From: an uncultured Planctomycetia bacterium
GTDB taxonomy: Bacteria > Omnitrophota > Gorgyraeia > 2-02-FULL-51-18 > JAGOUK01
NCBI GenBank assembly: GCA_964430735.1
Contig: CAYSFB010000002.1
Coordinates: forward strand, 222,027-286,026
Length of the DNA: 64,000 nucleotides
Reading direction: 5' to 3'
In this document: in pieces, positions 1 through 10,700 of the stretch
How the letters are laid out: each line of letters begins with the position of its first letter
Position numbering within the stretch: the stretch's first letter is position 1
Notes under the pieces: generated by a model
What the model saw: the letters and a program-made list of their open reading frames with translations, nothing else
Told to the model about the DNA's origin: nothing
The model's database searches: none
Translations under genes and position numbers: made by a program

Positions 1-307
1 CCGTAGGGTCGGCAAGCATCGGGTATTTGATTTTCTTGATCGTGTCGGAGGCCGTATGCCAGGCCTTGTGGGTGAAGTGCGTGTCCGTGCTGACCGAGTA
101 GACTTCGACGCCCATTTTCTGGAATTCGGCGTATTTGTCCGCCATGTCGCCGAGCTCCGTCGGACAGACAAAGGTGAAGTCCGCCGGGTAGAAGAAGAAA
201 ACGGACCACTTCCCCTTGAGGTCCGCGTTCGTCACCGTGACAAACTTGTCGTTGTGATAAGCCTGAACCTTGAAGTCGGGGATGGTCGTATTGATGATCG
301 TCTGCAT
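1..307 (-). CDS. ahpC: Peroxiredoxin AhpC (alkyl hydroperoxide reductase C), 5' part only; the gene continues past the window start
   Basis: Minus-strand translation reads [75 protein letters not shown]..., carrying the AhpC FTFVCPTE peroxidatic-Cys motif. A GGAGG RBS sits 7 nt upstream of the ATG (complement of 305-307). Confidence 0.85.
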   Translation of the reverse strand, partial: MQTIINTTIPDFKVQAYHNDKFVTVTNADLKGKWSVFFFYPADFTFVCPTELGDMADKYAEFQKMGVEVYSVSTDTHFTHKAWHTASDTIKKIKYPMLADPT

Positions 308-410
308 GGTCGTCGTTGCCTCCTGTTGTGATGAAAAAGTAAATCCGTCCAACGACACCCATCCTACCGGAAGCGGTGCATTAGTTGAAATTGATTGTTG
401 TTATGTTATT

Positions 411-432
411 GATAGTTAAATACTATTGATAG
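411..432. promoter_or_regulatory. Candidate OxyR-type (LysR-family) operator half-sites ATAG-N7-CTAT-N2-ATAG in the ahpC upstream region
   Basis: The sequence gATAGttaaataCTATtgATAG lies in the AT-rich 308-483 intergenic region upstream of the minus-strand ahpC. ATTGAT is repeated three times (about 391-430). Confidence 0.3.
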
Positions 433-483
433 CTAGGGATGGCGGAACGCGGCGGAATCAAAACAACGGCCGGGCTCGAGAAA

Positions 484-1305
484 TCAACGGGCCAAAATGC
501 GTTCGCACTCCTGAATGAGCTCGGCGGGGTCGTCGGATTCCACGGCGCGGCTGGCGCCGGACTTTTCGCAGATCTGGTCGAGGACGGTGCGGTCGGTTCC
601 GGCGAACTTCGAGTTGTACAGGACGACGGGGATGCTGGAGGTGGCGGCGTAACCGCGGATGCGGCGCGCAACCAGGTCGCCGGACAGGTCGCGAAGCGGG
701 ATTTTGGCCAAAACGAGGTCCGGCACTTCGCGCTTCACGCGCTCGATGCCTGCGGCGCCGGATTTTTCGGCCGACACCGTAAAGCCGGCGGCGGCAAACT
801 GCGCCACGATCGCCGCAAAAGGCTTTTCGGCGTCCTCAATCACAAGAATGTGGCGCGGAGCGCGGGACGAGCCGGAGGCCGGGACGGACCCGGCGACCGC
901 GGCGGATTTGGCAGCTTGGGGGGCGCGGGCCTTTCTCACAAGGATTGCGTCAACTTCTTCAAGAAACTGATCGTTATCGAACGGCTTGGTCATGAAGCCG
1001 TCGACGTCCAGATCGCGAAAAAGCTGTTCGAGTCCCGCCCGCGCCGTCAGAACGAGCACCCGCGGCTCAGGCCTGCCCTTCCCCGACCGGCGGCTGATTT
1101 CGTTGTAGAACTCGACGCCTCCCATCTTCGGCATATTCATGTCGAGCACGATGAGATCAGGCTTCTCAGTCTTAAGAACTTCCAGTCCTTCGAGTCCATT
1201 CGAAGCCGTGAGTGTCCGGTGCCCGCGGCTCTCGACCGCGGCCGACAGAAGCATCGTCAGGTCCGGTTCGTCGTCGATAATGAGAACCAGTTTGGAATCG
1301 CTCAT
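484..1305 (-). CDS. Response regulator with two tandem receiver (REC) domains and no output domain
   Basis: Two REC-like halves (LVLIIDDEPDL...LDMNMP...KP and ILVIEDAEKP...). It overlaps the upstream gene by 4 nt (ATGA). Confidence 0.8.
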   Translation of the reverse strand: MSDSKLVLIIDDEPDLTMLLSAAVESRGHRTLTASNGLEGLEVLKTEKPDLIVLDMNMPKMGGVEFYNEISRRSGKGRPEPRVLVLTARAGLEQLFRDLDVDGFMTKPFDNDQFLEEVDAILVRKARAPQAAKSAAVAGSVPASGSSRAPRHILVIEDAEKPFAAIVAQFAAAGFTVSAEKSGAAGIERVKREVPDLVLAKIPLRDLSGDLVARRIRGYAATSSIPVVLYNSKFAGTDRTVLDQICEKSGASRAVESDDPAELIQECERILAR

Positions 1306-2492
1306 GATTGCGCTCCTTTCGGCGTCGCCTTGACGGGCAGGCGAAAGATGAAGGCGCTCCCCTTACCCATTTCGGATTCGGCCCACAGACGGCCGCCGTG
1401 CTGTTGAACGATCTCGCGGCAAATGGAAAGCCCCAGGCCGGTCCCGCCGACACGGTCTTCCGCGCTGCCGAGCTGGCAGAATTTTTCGAAGATCTTCTCG
1501 AGGCTTTCGGGGGGCATGCCGCGGCCGGTGTCGCGAACGGCGACTTCGACCTGCCCTTCGGCCGGCACATTCCGTGTCTCCACGGTTATGCAGCCCCGTT
1601 CGGTGAATTTGACAGCGTTGTTGAACAGGTTGTTCAGCACCTGCTGGAGCCGGTCGGCGTCCACTTCCGCCTGCGGCAGCGAAGGGTCGGCCTTGACGGC
1701 AAACTCCAGCCCTTTGCCGCGCGCCGCCAGCTCCTGCACTTCGGCCGCCTCGCGGACGATGCGGTTCAGGTCGTCCGGCTTGCGCACCAGCGGATCCGCT
1801 CCCGCCTGCAGTTTGCTCAATCCCAGGATGTCGCTGACGAGGCGTGCCAACCGGTCGACGTTCTTCCGCGCGATCTCGAGGAACTTAGTCGACTGCGCAT
1901 CCGCCGCGGCCGCTGGACGGGCGCCCGCCAGATCGACGGCCATCCGGATCGCGGTGAGCGGCGTTCGCAGTTCGTGCGAAACGGTGGATGAAAAATTCTT
2001 TTCCTTTTCATACGCCTGCCGGATGGCGGCGTTCGCCGACGTCAATTGTTCGTTCTGGAGACGGGTCACCTCGGTGAGCCGGCGGTTTTCGACGACGAGA
2101 TCAAAGTTGCGAATGGCGTCGCGCACCAGAGCCTTGAGCCCCTCGTCGTCCCAAGGCTTGGCGACATACCGGTACACCTCCCCTTTGTTGATCGCATCCT
2201 GCGTGGCCTGGATGTCGGCGTAGCCGGTAAAGAGGATGCGAACGGCATCGGGCCGCACCGCCTTGGACTTCGTGAGCAGCTCCACGCCTGTCACCTGCGG
2301 CATGCGCTGATCGCTCACGATGACCTTGATGTTCTCTGCAGCCATGATCTCGAGCGCGCGCTTGGGATCGGACGTCGTCACGACCGAAAAGGGCTCGTCC
2401 ATAAACAACCGGGTCAGGGACCGCAGGATGTTTTCTTCGTCGTCGATGAAAAGAACGGTCGGTCCGGTGGAAGCGGGTGCGGGGTTCGTCAT
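1302..2492 (-). CDS. Hybrid signalling protein: N-terminal REC domain fused to a HisKA/HATPase_c histidine kinase core
   Basis: REC part: VLFIDDEENILRSL...VSDQRMP...KPW. H-box: STVSHELRTPLTAI. N/G boxes: NLFNNAVKFT, DTGRGMPPE, GGTGLGLSICREIV. It overlaps both neighbouring genes by 4 nt. Confidence 0.85.
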   Translation of the reverse strand: MTNPAPASTGPTVLFIDDEENILRSLTRLFMDEPFSVVTTSDPKRALEIMAAENIKVIVSDQRMPQVTGVELLTKSKAVRPDAVRILFTGYADIQATQDAINKGEVYRYVAKPWDDEGLKALVRDAIRNFDLVVENRRLTEVTRLQNEQLTSANAAIRQAYEKEKNFSSTVSHELRTPLTAIRMAVDLAGARPAAAADAQSTKFLEIARKNVDRLARLVSDILGLSKLQAGADPLVRKPDDLNRIVREAAEVQELAARGKGLEFAVKADPSLPQAEVDADRLQQVLNNLFNNAVKFTERGCITVETRNVPAEGQVEVAVRDTGRGMPPESLEKIFEKFCQLGSAEDRVGGTGLGLSICREIVQQHGGRLWAESEMGKGSAFIFRLPVKATPKGAQS

Positions 2493-3097
2493 TTGGAACC
2501 TTTCCGGCTCAACAGGCGCGTCACGCGCATCTTGAGCTCTTCTTCTTCGAACGGCTTGGGCAGGAAGTCGTCGGCGCCCTGGGCGATCGTCCGCTCGCGC
2601 TCCGCCGCCGGTATCAGCGCCGACATCACGAGAACCTGGATGTGTCGGGTGTCGGGATTTTGCCGGATCTTGGCCAGCACGCCGAATCCGTCGAGCTTGG
2701 GCATGAGAACGTCGAGCAGGATAAGGTCGGGTTTGAACGCGGCGATCTTGTTGCCGGCGTCAAATCCATCTTCGGCAAACTCAAAGTCATATGCGTCGGC
2801 CGGATACGCCAGCGCCCGGCGGATGGAACGGCTGATGGAGGGTTCGTCGTCGACGATGAGGATACGGGGGCGGGTCAGGTGCCGGTGCTCTTCGGCCAAC
2901 GGAATCTTGTGCGCCCGGAGAAATGTCAAAAAGTCTTCTATGCAAACGCGCTTGAAGCCCGTCACCGGCAGCTCATAGGCTTTGAGGATGCCCTCGTCGA
3001 TCCAGCGATTCACCGTCCGCGGATCAACCCGGCAAATTTTGGCAATCTGCCCAGTCGTGAGAATCTCGGCTACACTATTTTTTTGCTTGTCTAACAT
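2489..3097 (-). CDS. Response regulator with an N-terminal excisionase/MerR-type HTH (HTH_17-like) followed by a REC domain
   Basis: HTH: LTTGQIAKICRVDPRTVNRWIDEGILKAYELP. REC: ILIVDDEPSISRSIRRAL...LILLDVLMPKLDG...KPF. Confidence 0.75.
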   Translation of the reverse strand: MLDKQKNSVAEILTTGQIAKICRVDPRTVNRWIDEGILKAYELPVTGFKRVCIEDFLTFLRAHKIPLAEEHRHLTRPRILIVDDEPSISRSIRRALAYPADAYDFEFAEDGFDAGNKIAAFKPDLILLDVLMPKLDGFGVLAKIRQNPDTRHIQVLVMSALIPAAERERTIAQGADDFLPKPFEEEELKMRVTRLLSRKGSK

Positions 3098-3211
3098 CGT
3101 TTTTCCTCAAACTACGCATTCTGCGCATACTCCACATCTAAGGGATGTATGGCATGCCAAACCGCAAAATTCAAGAGCCTGAGAAGATTGTTGGAGATGG
3201 GAAAGGGATTT

Positions 3212-6200
3212 TTAGGAGATCGAGCAGTACGAGATAGGGAGAAAAACCGTGAACTTGGTACCCTGGCCAACTTGGGTGGAAACTTCGATGCGGCCATTGT
3301 GCTTTTTGACGATATCGTAACTGATGCCCAGGCCAAGGCCCGTCCCCTTGCCCACCTCCTTGGTGGTGAAGAACGGGTCAAAGATATGGTCAATCACGTG
3401 GGCAGGAATACCTTCGCCGGTATCCTCGATTTCGACCTCCACCGCGTCTTGGGTCGCCCGGGTCCGGACCGTGATGGTTCCCCGTTCCGGGATCGCTTGG
3501 GCCGCGTTCACCAGCATATTGATAAAAACCTGACCGATCTGTTGCGGGTTGCAATTGATCTTGGGGAGGGGCTGAAGCTCTTTGACGATCTCCGCCTTGT
3601 ATTTGAGTTCGTTCCAGACAATGCCGACGGCGGATTCCAAGATCTGGTTCAGATCCGCAAGATCCATTCCTTCTTTGCTGTCGGCGCGAACAAAAGTCTT
3701 GAGGTCGATGATGATTTTTTTGACGCGGTCGAGGCCCGACTGCGATTCCTGAATTAGCGGCGCGATGTCAGTGAAGATGTAATCCACCTTGAGCCGCTCC
3801 CCGAGCGCGGTCACCTCGTCCGCGAGCCGGAGAACTTCGCCCGCCGCCGCGCCGGCGCGTATGCCGTCGAGCAGCTTTTGAACCGCCTCACGGTATGACG
3901 CCAGCGCCGTTCCGTACTTGCCGAGTGTCGAAAGGTTGCTGTTCACGAAGCCGATGGGGTTGTTGATCTCGTGCGCGATGCCGGCGGCCAGCTGACCGAT
4001 CGCGGACAACCGATCGGCTTGAATGAGCTGCGTCTGGGTGCGCTTGAGCTCCTCGTTGGCGACGCGGGCCTGGTCCAACGCGCCCTTCAACTGGGCTTCA
4101 GCCGCCTTGCGGTCGGAGATGTCGTGAATGAACGCACTGAAGATCACGCTCGGCCCCTGGCGGACAGGCCAAATCGTAAGCTCAATCGGAAACTCTCCCT
4201 TCGTCCGATGGAGAGCCGAGATTTCGATACGCTTGTTCAGCACCGGGCCCGCCCCGGTCTGCATAAATTTGAGCATGCCGGCCCGGTGCGCGTCCCGGAA
4301 CTGATGCGGAACGATCGTATTGGCAAGGCTCTTGCCGATCAATTCGCTCCGAGGCCATCCGAACAACACCTCGGCGTTGTGATTGATGTCGAGGATGTCG
4401 CCCTTCGAATCGATGGTGATGAAGGCGTCGTTGGCCGTTTCGACAATGGATCGGCTGCGCTCGGCGAGCTGCTCGTACCTCGCGGTGTGCCGCAACAGCA
4501 TCCACAGATAAGCCGCCAGCCCCAGCGTCAGGAAGAACCCCGAGGCAAACGTGATCCAGGCGTTCGTATCTCTCCAGGGATCGGGCATGTCAACCGGCGT
4601 CACGGTCAACTCCCAGCTCCGGTCGCAGAACCTGAACCGCTCGGTGATTTGCCACGCGCCGCCGGCCCTTCTGCCCGCGGGCAGCGGAAGACCGGAGTTC
4701 TTCTCGCCGGAATCTTGGGTCGACAGGATGGGGAACGCAAGCCGGGTCGTGACGTCGCTCAGGTCGAACCTCATATTCGCGGGATCGAAGCCCTGAAGCG
4801 AAGTTTGTAGAAGATCGTCGATATTAAAAACGCCGGTCAGGATCCCGGTAAATTCGCGTCCGGGACCGCTAAAAAACGGCTTCAGGATAAGGACGTCGGA
4901 CTGCGCGACCTTTCGCCCGTTCTCAAAGAAAATGCCCGGCGTCACCACCTCCGCACCGGTCTCGCGCGCCTTGAGGATGGCCGCACGCCGCACCGGGTCG
5001 GCCCCGTGGTCGTACCCGATCAGGATGCGGTTTTTCTCCACCGGCTCGGTGTAGATGACGGGATAGTAATCCGGCCGCGCAGCCGCTGGAACGAGCCGTC
5101 CGCCGGCGTCGAGCTCCTTGATTTCAAATCCCTCATAGCCCTCGGTTCGCAACTCGGCTTCTAGGGATGCGCGGTCCGCGGCATCGACCCGGGGAACCCA
5201 TTGGAGGCTCTTGATTTCCTGATCCTTTTCGAGAAACGTCCGGGTGAAGGTTTTAAACCCGTCCCTGTCGACGGCCGGCGACGACGCGTAGAAGGATTCG
5301 ACGGTGGTGAGGATTTGGAGGTGCTCCTTGAGCGTCGCCATGAACCAGTTGATCCGTTCGGTTGCCTTGAGCCGGAAGGCCTGCTCGCGGGACTGGTCCT
5401 CCCGCACGTGGACCCTCCAGGCGGCGAACGACGAGAGCGCCATCCCGAAGACCAGCACGAGCACGAGCGACGAATACCGCTTGAGCGTGATGGAAAAAAG
5501 GGCGATGAGCAGAATAACCAGCGTGAGGCCGGCCACACCGAGGCGCTTTTCGAGAACCGCGGCCTGCATCCGCGAGGCGTCGTAATCGACCCCCAGAACC
5601 CCGATGACGCTGCCGTCCTCGCCGCGCAGAGGATGAAACGCACTGACCCAGGTTCCCCACGGGTCGGTGTAAGGCACGCCGTCGAACACGCTCCGGCCCT
5701 CGAAGGCCTTGAGCATGGCCGGACTGGCCTCGTACGGTTCACCAATCGGAGTCCGGCCCTCGCGCTCGCCAGCGAAGCTGCCGTCGCGGTCGTAATCCGT
5801 CTCGGAATCGATGAGCAGCACGACTGAGCCATCCGGCTTACGCATGAAGGTATAGATATCATTGACGGCGGGGTTGAGTTCGAGCCACTGTTTCTGGAGT
5901 TCGATGAGGCGTAGATAAAGGAAATCGTCGGCGGAAGTCTGGAGCGAGATTTTTTCGATGCCTTCGGAGACCATCATGCGCGCGTAGCTGGGTGCGTAGC
6001 CGGAAAGGGACTCGCGGATGCGTGTGTTTTCCGTCTTCCCGTTGAGCTCCATGAGCACGCCCGTCAGAGCGGCGATCACTAGCCAGGCCCCGGCGATCCG
6101 GGCGCCGATGCGCTTGCGCTCCTCGGGCTTCCGGCTCCAAAAAAGAGCCGCGCCCAATGCCGCTACAATCACGGCAAAGAGAAGCAGGTCCAACCGCCAG

Positions 6201-6220
6201 GCCAAAACTAAGCTCAACAT
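3212..6220 (-). CDS. Multi-domain sensor histidine kinase: TM-Cache-TM-TM-CHASE-TM-PAS-HisKA-HATPase_c, with two separate periplasmic sensor domains
   Basis: Cache-like segment: [20 protein letters not shown]...[15 protein letters not shown]...[15 protein letters not shown] hallmark: LQWVPRV...[24 protein letters not shown]: [20 protein letters not shown]-box: [15 protein letters not shown]. ATPase: [16 protein letters not shown]. Four predicted TM helices. Confidence 0.85.
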   Translation of the reverse strand: MLSLVLAWRLDLLLFAVIVAALGAALFWSRKPEERKRIGARIAGAWLVIAALTGVLMELNGKTENTRIRESLSGYAPSYARMMVSEGIEKISLQTSADDFLYLRLIELQKQWLELNPAVNDIYTFMRKPDGSVVLLIDSETDYDRDGSFAGEREGRTPIGEPYEASPAMLKAFEGRSVFDGVPYTDPWGTWVSAFHPLRGEDGSVIGVLGVDYDASRMQAAVLEKRLGVAGLTLVILLIALFSITLKRYSSLVLVLVFGMALSSFAAWRVHVREDQSREQAFRLKATERINWFMATLKEHLQILTTVESFYASSPAVDRDGFKTFTRTFLEKDQEIKSLQWVPRVDAADRASLEAELRTEGYEGFEIKELDAGGRLVPAAARPDYYPVIYTEPVEKNRILIGYDHGADPVRRAAILKARETGAEVVTPGIFFENGRKVAQSDVLILKPFFSGPGREFTGILTGVFNIDDLLQTSLQGFDPANMRFDLSDVTTRLAFPILSTQDSGEKNSGLPLPAGRRAGGAWQITERFRFCDRSWELTVTPVDMPDPWRDTNAWITFASGFFLTLGLAAYLWMLLRHTARYEQLAERSRSIVETANDAFITIDSKGDILDINHNAEVLFGWPRSELIGKSLANTIVPHQFRDAHRAGMLKFMQTGAGPVLNKRIEISALHRTKGEFPIELTIWPVRQGPSVIFSAFIHDISDRKAAEAQLKGALDQARVANEELKRTQTQLIQADRLSAIGQLAAGIAHEINNPIGFVNSNLSTLGKYGTALASYREAVQKLLDGIRAGAAAGEVLRLADEVTALGERLKVDYIFTDIAPLIQESQSGLDRVKKIIIDLKTFVRADSKEGMDLADLNQILESAVGIVWNELKYKAEIVKELQPLPKINCNPQQIGQVFINMLVNAAQAIPERGTITVRTRATQDAVEVEIEDTGEGIPAHVIDHIFDPFFTTKEVGKGTGLGLGISYDIVKKHNGRIEVSTQVGQGTKFTVFLPISYCSIS

Positions 6221-6253
6221 AGAATACTATTGTACGTCTTTTTAGGAGAGAAA

Positions 6254-6327
6254 TGGTTGGGGAACTAGGGCTCGAACCTAGACTAAGTGATTCAGAGTCA
6301 CTCGTGCTACCATTACACTATTCCCCA
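6254..6327 (-). tRNA. tRNA-Gln (anticodon CUG)
   Basis: Folded by hand: acceptor UGGGGAA/UUCCCCA with the U1:A72 pair typical of bacterial tRNA-Gln. U8 is present. D-stem GUGU/GCAC. Anticodon stem AGUGA/UCACU with loop CUCUGAA (anticodon CUG). T-arm CUAGG-UUCGAGC-CCUAG. Discriminator A followed by an encoded CCA. Confidence 0.85.
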
Positions 6328-6368
6328 ATGAAGGCAGGAAATTTTTCCGGCGGCGGCCGGTGCGTCGG

Positions 6369-7679
6369 CTAGACGGCGGCGGACTTGAGCTTTTCGGCGG
6401 CGGCGCGGAGGCGTTTGACGACGCGGTCCTTGCCCACCAGCGAAACGGTCTCGAAAAATCCGGGGCTCACCATCCGGCCCGTCACCGCGATGCGGCACGG
6501 GTGGATGAACTGCTTGCCGGATACTCCGATCGAGGTCATGAACTCGCGCGAAGCTTTTTCGACGGATTCGTGTCCGAAGTCCGAAAGGCCTGCCAGACAG
6601 TCCGCGTATTTTACAAAAATTTCGGGCAATTTGGCATCTTTCTTCAGAACCGCGTCCCCTTCCTCGCCCCAGGGAGCATCGTCCTGGAAGAAGAAGGTCG
6701 TGTCCGCCGGCAGGTCCTTCATTACGAACACGCGCTCACGATAGAGGGCCGTAAACCGGTCCATCCACTCCGCGGCCGGCTCCTCCTGGATCAGACCCGC
6801 CGTCTTGAGCGCTTCGACGAAGAGGCGCTTGAGCTCCGCGGGCGCAAACGCCCGGATGTACTCGCCGTTCACCCAATCCATCTTCTTGATGTTGAAGATC
6901 GCGCCCGTCGACTGCACGCGCTCGAGCGTGAACTTTTCGACCATCTCCTGAAGTCCGATGATCTCCTGGTTGTTCCCGGGCGACCAGCCGAGCAGGGCCA
7001 GATAGTTCACGATCGCCTGCGGCAGGTAGCCGGCGAGCTTGTAATCGCGCACGCTCGTCGCGCCGTGGCGCTTGGACAACCGTGAGCGGTCTTCGCCCAG
7101 GATCAGCGGAATATGCGCGAACTTGGGCATTTCGAAGCCCAGCGCCGCGTAGAGCGGAATCTGTTTGGGGGTGTTCGAGATATGGTCCTCGCCGCGGATG
7201 ACGTGCGTGATGCCCATCTCGTGGTCGTCGACGACCACCGCGAAGTTGTACGTCGGCGTGCCGTCGGACTTCATGAGGACGAGGTCACCCAGAAGCTTGC
7301 CGTCAAACTCGATGCGGCCGCGGATCACGTCGTCCCAGCCGATCGTCACTTGAGGGCTCTTGAACCGCACTGCCTGGCCTTCGCCTTCGCGCACGGCCTT
7401 GCCTTCCGCGATCAGCTTTTCCGCGTACTGCTTGTACACGTCCAGCCGGCTCATCTGGTGCACGAGCGGCGCGTCCCAATTCATGCCGAGCCACTTGAGC
7501 GACTCGATAATCTCCTCTTCAAACTCCTTTTTGGAGCGCTCGCGGTCGGTGTCCTCGATGCGCAGGATGAACTCGCCGCCGTGATGGCGCGCGAACAACC
7601 AGTTAAAAAGCGCCGTCCGGGCGGATCCCATGTGAAGGTAACCGGTCGGGCTGGGGGCAAAACGCGTTTTGACTTTCAT
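6369..7679 (-). CDS. gltX: Glutamyl-tRNA synthetase (glutamate--tRNA ligase)
   Basis: RFAPSPTGYLHMGSARTALFNWLFAR (HIGH region), IEDTD and KLSKRHG (KMSKS-type motif). Overall GluRS length and order. Confidence 0.9.
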   Translation of the reverse strand: MKVKTRFAPSPTGYLHMGSARTALFNWLFARHHGGEFILRIEDTDRERSKKEFEEEIIESLKWLGMNWDAPLVHQMSRLDVYKQYAEKLIAEGKAVREGEGQAVRFKSPQVTIGWDDVIRGRIEFDGKLLGDLVLMKSDGTPTYNFAVVVDDHEMGITHVIRGEDHISNTPKQIPLYAALGFEMPKFAHIPLILGEDRSRLSKRHGATSVRDYKLAGYLPQAIVNYLALLGWSPGNNQEIIGLQEMVEKFTLERVQSTGAIFNIKKMDWVNGEYIRAFAPAELKRLFVEALKTAGLIQEEPAAEWMDRFTALYRERVFVMKDLPADTTFFFQDDAPWGEEGDAVLKKDAKLPEIFVKYADCLAGLSDFGHESVEKASREFMTSIGVSGKQFIHPCRIAVTGRMVSPGFFETVSLVGKDRVVKRLRAAAEKLKSAAV

Positions 7680-7711
7680 GATGGGCCTTATTTAAGGAAA
7701 AGGTTACAGGG

Positions 7712-10700
7712 TTAGCCGAGTTCGCAGTCGATCCGGCGGATCTGGCCGTCGCGCAGCGCTTTGGCATGAACCGGGCCGAGCGTGTTGCCGTCGACGATGA
7801 CCTGCTTTTTCTGGGCGTCCAGGAACACCATGCGCTTGACGACCGCGCGGCGCGGGCCGAACGTGCTCGCGTGCTTGGGGTTCATGTACGTGATGAGCGT
7901 CTGGCTCATGAAGACGAAGGCGTAGGCGTTTTTCGGCAGCGTGATCGTCTGCGTCGAGCCGTCGCGCAGCTGGATCCGGCGCGGCGTCTCCTCCTTGGTG
8001 AACATCCAATCCGGGAGGACGGGGTTCAGACTGAATTCGAGCTGGCCCTTGGCGTCCAGGCGGAACGGCTCATGCCCCAGGTTCATCCGCAGCCACATGT
8101 CGAGGAATTCGGCCGTCGAGCCCGAAAGGCGCGCGACGAAGCCGGTTCCGTGAACCTTGCGGTTGGAGAACGCGGAGCTGGCGATGAACGAGCTGTTCTC
8201 GAAGATGCTGCGGCCGTAGACCTTGGGGTCCTGGAACGGCACGAGCGCCGCCTGCAGGTCCGTGAAGAACTCGCTGGTGAGCCCGCGCTTCAGCGTCTCG
8301 AGCAGCCATTTGTATTCCATGTGAAGGAAGACGGACTGGTTCTCGAGCCAGCCGGGGCTGAAGATGCGCGCGCGGCCGATCTCGGGCGATTCCTTCTCGA
8401 GGTTGGACGTGACCGTGTACATGCTGAGCTTGCGATCGAAGAGGTCGGAGCTGCGCACGTGATCGTAGATCTGTTTGGCGCGGACCGGATCCTTCTCGAC
8501 GCGCAGCGCGTGCATCGGACCCTCGAGGAAGGCCGCCAAACGACGCTGGCGGAACTTCTTCGGCACGATGACCTCGCGGCCGCCCTTCTTGCCCGGAACG
8601 GTCTTGTACTCGACCATCTCGTTTTCAAAATACGTGGGGCAGGTTTCTTTGGCCGGGTCGTACGCGCGGCCGATGCCCTCTTCGAGCTTGGCCGAGAACG
8701 CGGCGAGCATTTTCTTGAGCGCCTTGAACGGGATCTTGACCTCGCGTCCCTGGAAGCCCAGTCGCGTCGCGGCCCAGTATTTTTCCTTCGCAGTGTGCGT
8801 CGCGTCCCAGAAGTCCTGATGTTTGGACGGCGCCTTGGAGGCCAGGCAGCGGCGCGCGAGAAGTTCGTTCTTGCGCAGCAGCTCGGCGAGTTCCGCCGGG
8901 ACCGCCACCCTGGCTTCGCGCGCCTTGACGCGCGAGCGCCGAAGAGCGCTCTCGAGGAAACGCACCCAGCGGAGCAATTCGTACGTTTCCGACAGCGAGG
9001 AGCCGAGCAGGCCCGGAAGACCGTTCAGCGCGTCGTACCAGTCGGGCTTGTCCGATTCCATTTCGACACCGGCGCCGAACGGATCGAGCGACGCGAACTT
9101 GTTGGCGATGACGCAGAGCATCTTGGCGGCGAGCGTCGAGTGAGCGACCTTGCCCTTGCCGCGGTTCAGCCGAACCTTGTGCGGCTCCGACGCGCGCGAA
9201 CGGATGAGCTCGGCTTTTTCGGCGTCGCGGGCCGTCGCGCCGAACTGGCGGATCTTGTCCCCGGCGATTTTGACGTATTTCTGGCTACGGGGCCGGACGA
9301 TGTGGTCACTCTCGTAATAGGTGTAGCTCGCATCGCGCCAGAGCGCGTTGTCGAGTTCTTCCGGATAAACGGCCAGATAGCTTTCGAGAAGATCCAGGTT
9401 GTAGGTCCAGTGGTCGATCCAGAACCCTTCGCCGTGGCGGGCGGTGTCGAGGCGCTTGAGCGACCCGAAGATCACGGGCAGCGCCGCGTCGCGGGACTTG
9501 GCGACGGACGGAAGCTTTTCGGCGAACTTGGCAATCTCGCCGGGCGTGCGCGGCTTGGCGAGGAAGGCCTCGAGCTCCGCAAGTTCGGCTGCGGCGAGGA
9601 TCTTACCGGCGGCCTTGCGGAAGTCGCGCGGAGATTCGAGCGTCAGCACGAGCTGTTCGACGACGAGCGGATTGTACCCGTCCGGCTGGATCAGGTTGAA
9701 AAAGGTGCGGACGTTCAAGTCCTTGACCTTGGGCTCGAACCACACGTCGCTGCGGCGGTTCTGGTTCACGTCGCGGAAGTTGCCCTCTCCTTGAGAGAAG
9801 TAGGTCGGCTGCACGACGAAGCGGTTGTAATCGCGTTCGAGGTCACCGTGCTTGCGCGAATAAATGTGGAACACGAAGTCGCCCGACGGTCCCGTCATCC
9901 GGTGCGGGAAGCCGCCGCGCAACACGTTGTCCAAAAAGGTCTGACGGCAGTAATCGTCGAAGCGGCTCGATCCGCTGACCGTGGTGATCGGGTCCTGCAG
10001 GCGCTGCACGACCTCGCGCGCCTCGCGCTCCTTGGCGGCGAAGAACTTGGGATCGCGCACGCGGGCGATGCCCTTGGAGAACTTCGTCCCTTCGGCGGCC
10101 TCGCCGATCAGCGTGTACAGGGTGACGGTCTCTTCGGGCTCGAGGGTGAGCTTGTAGAAGCTGAACGCGCACGGCGTCTTGTTTTCGAGCACCTGCGCGT
10201 CAGGCGCGAACGGCGTGCGGCCGATGAATTCCTGCGGTTCGGTGAAGTCCAGGCGCGTGCCGAACAGCACCTCCGGATCGACGATGATGGACGGCTGGAA
10301 CAGCTTGCCGCGGTGCTTGAGCGACGAGCTCTCGCCGAACGAGGTGTAGAAGTGCGTGCCGTCGACGGCCTGATATTCGGGGCGGTCTTCGGGGTCGGCC
10401 TTGAGCTTGAAGTGCGCGACGGGATCCTTGCCGGGCGTGATCTCGCATTTCATCCACGCTTCGACGGTGCGGCTCATGTCCTTGAGGAACCATTCTTTGA
10501 GGCCAAACGGCACGACGGCCGGCAGACCGTCGGCGATCTCGATCTCGGTCGGAACGACGAGCTTGTTCTGGATCACGACTTTGCGCGCGAGGGCCGCGAA
10601 CGGCTCGCCGGGCACGCCGAAATAGCTGACCTTGATGTCGAGGCCCAGCGACTGGTTGCTCTCTTCGATCGAGAACCCCTGCGCCTGGACGCGCATGGCC

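Noticed and set aside
439-1407. 322-aa plus-strand ORF and other ORFs overlapping the phosphorelay genes (1308-1991, 1423-2223, 2046-2978)
   Set aside because: They are antisense to REC and histidine-kinase genes with clear motifs. Their composition is typical of spurious high-GC frames.
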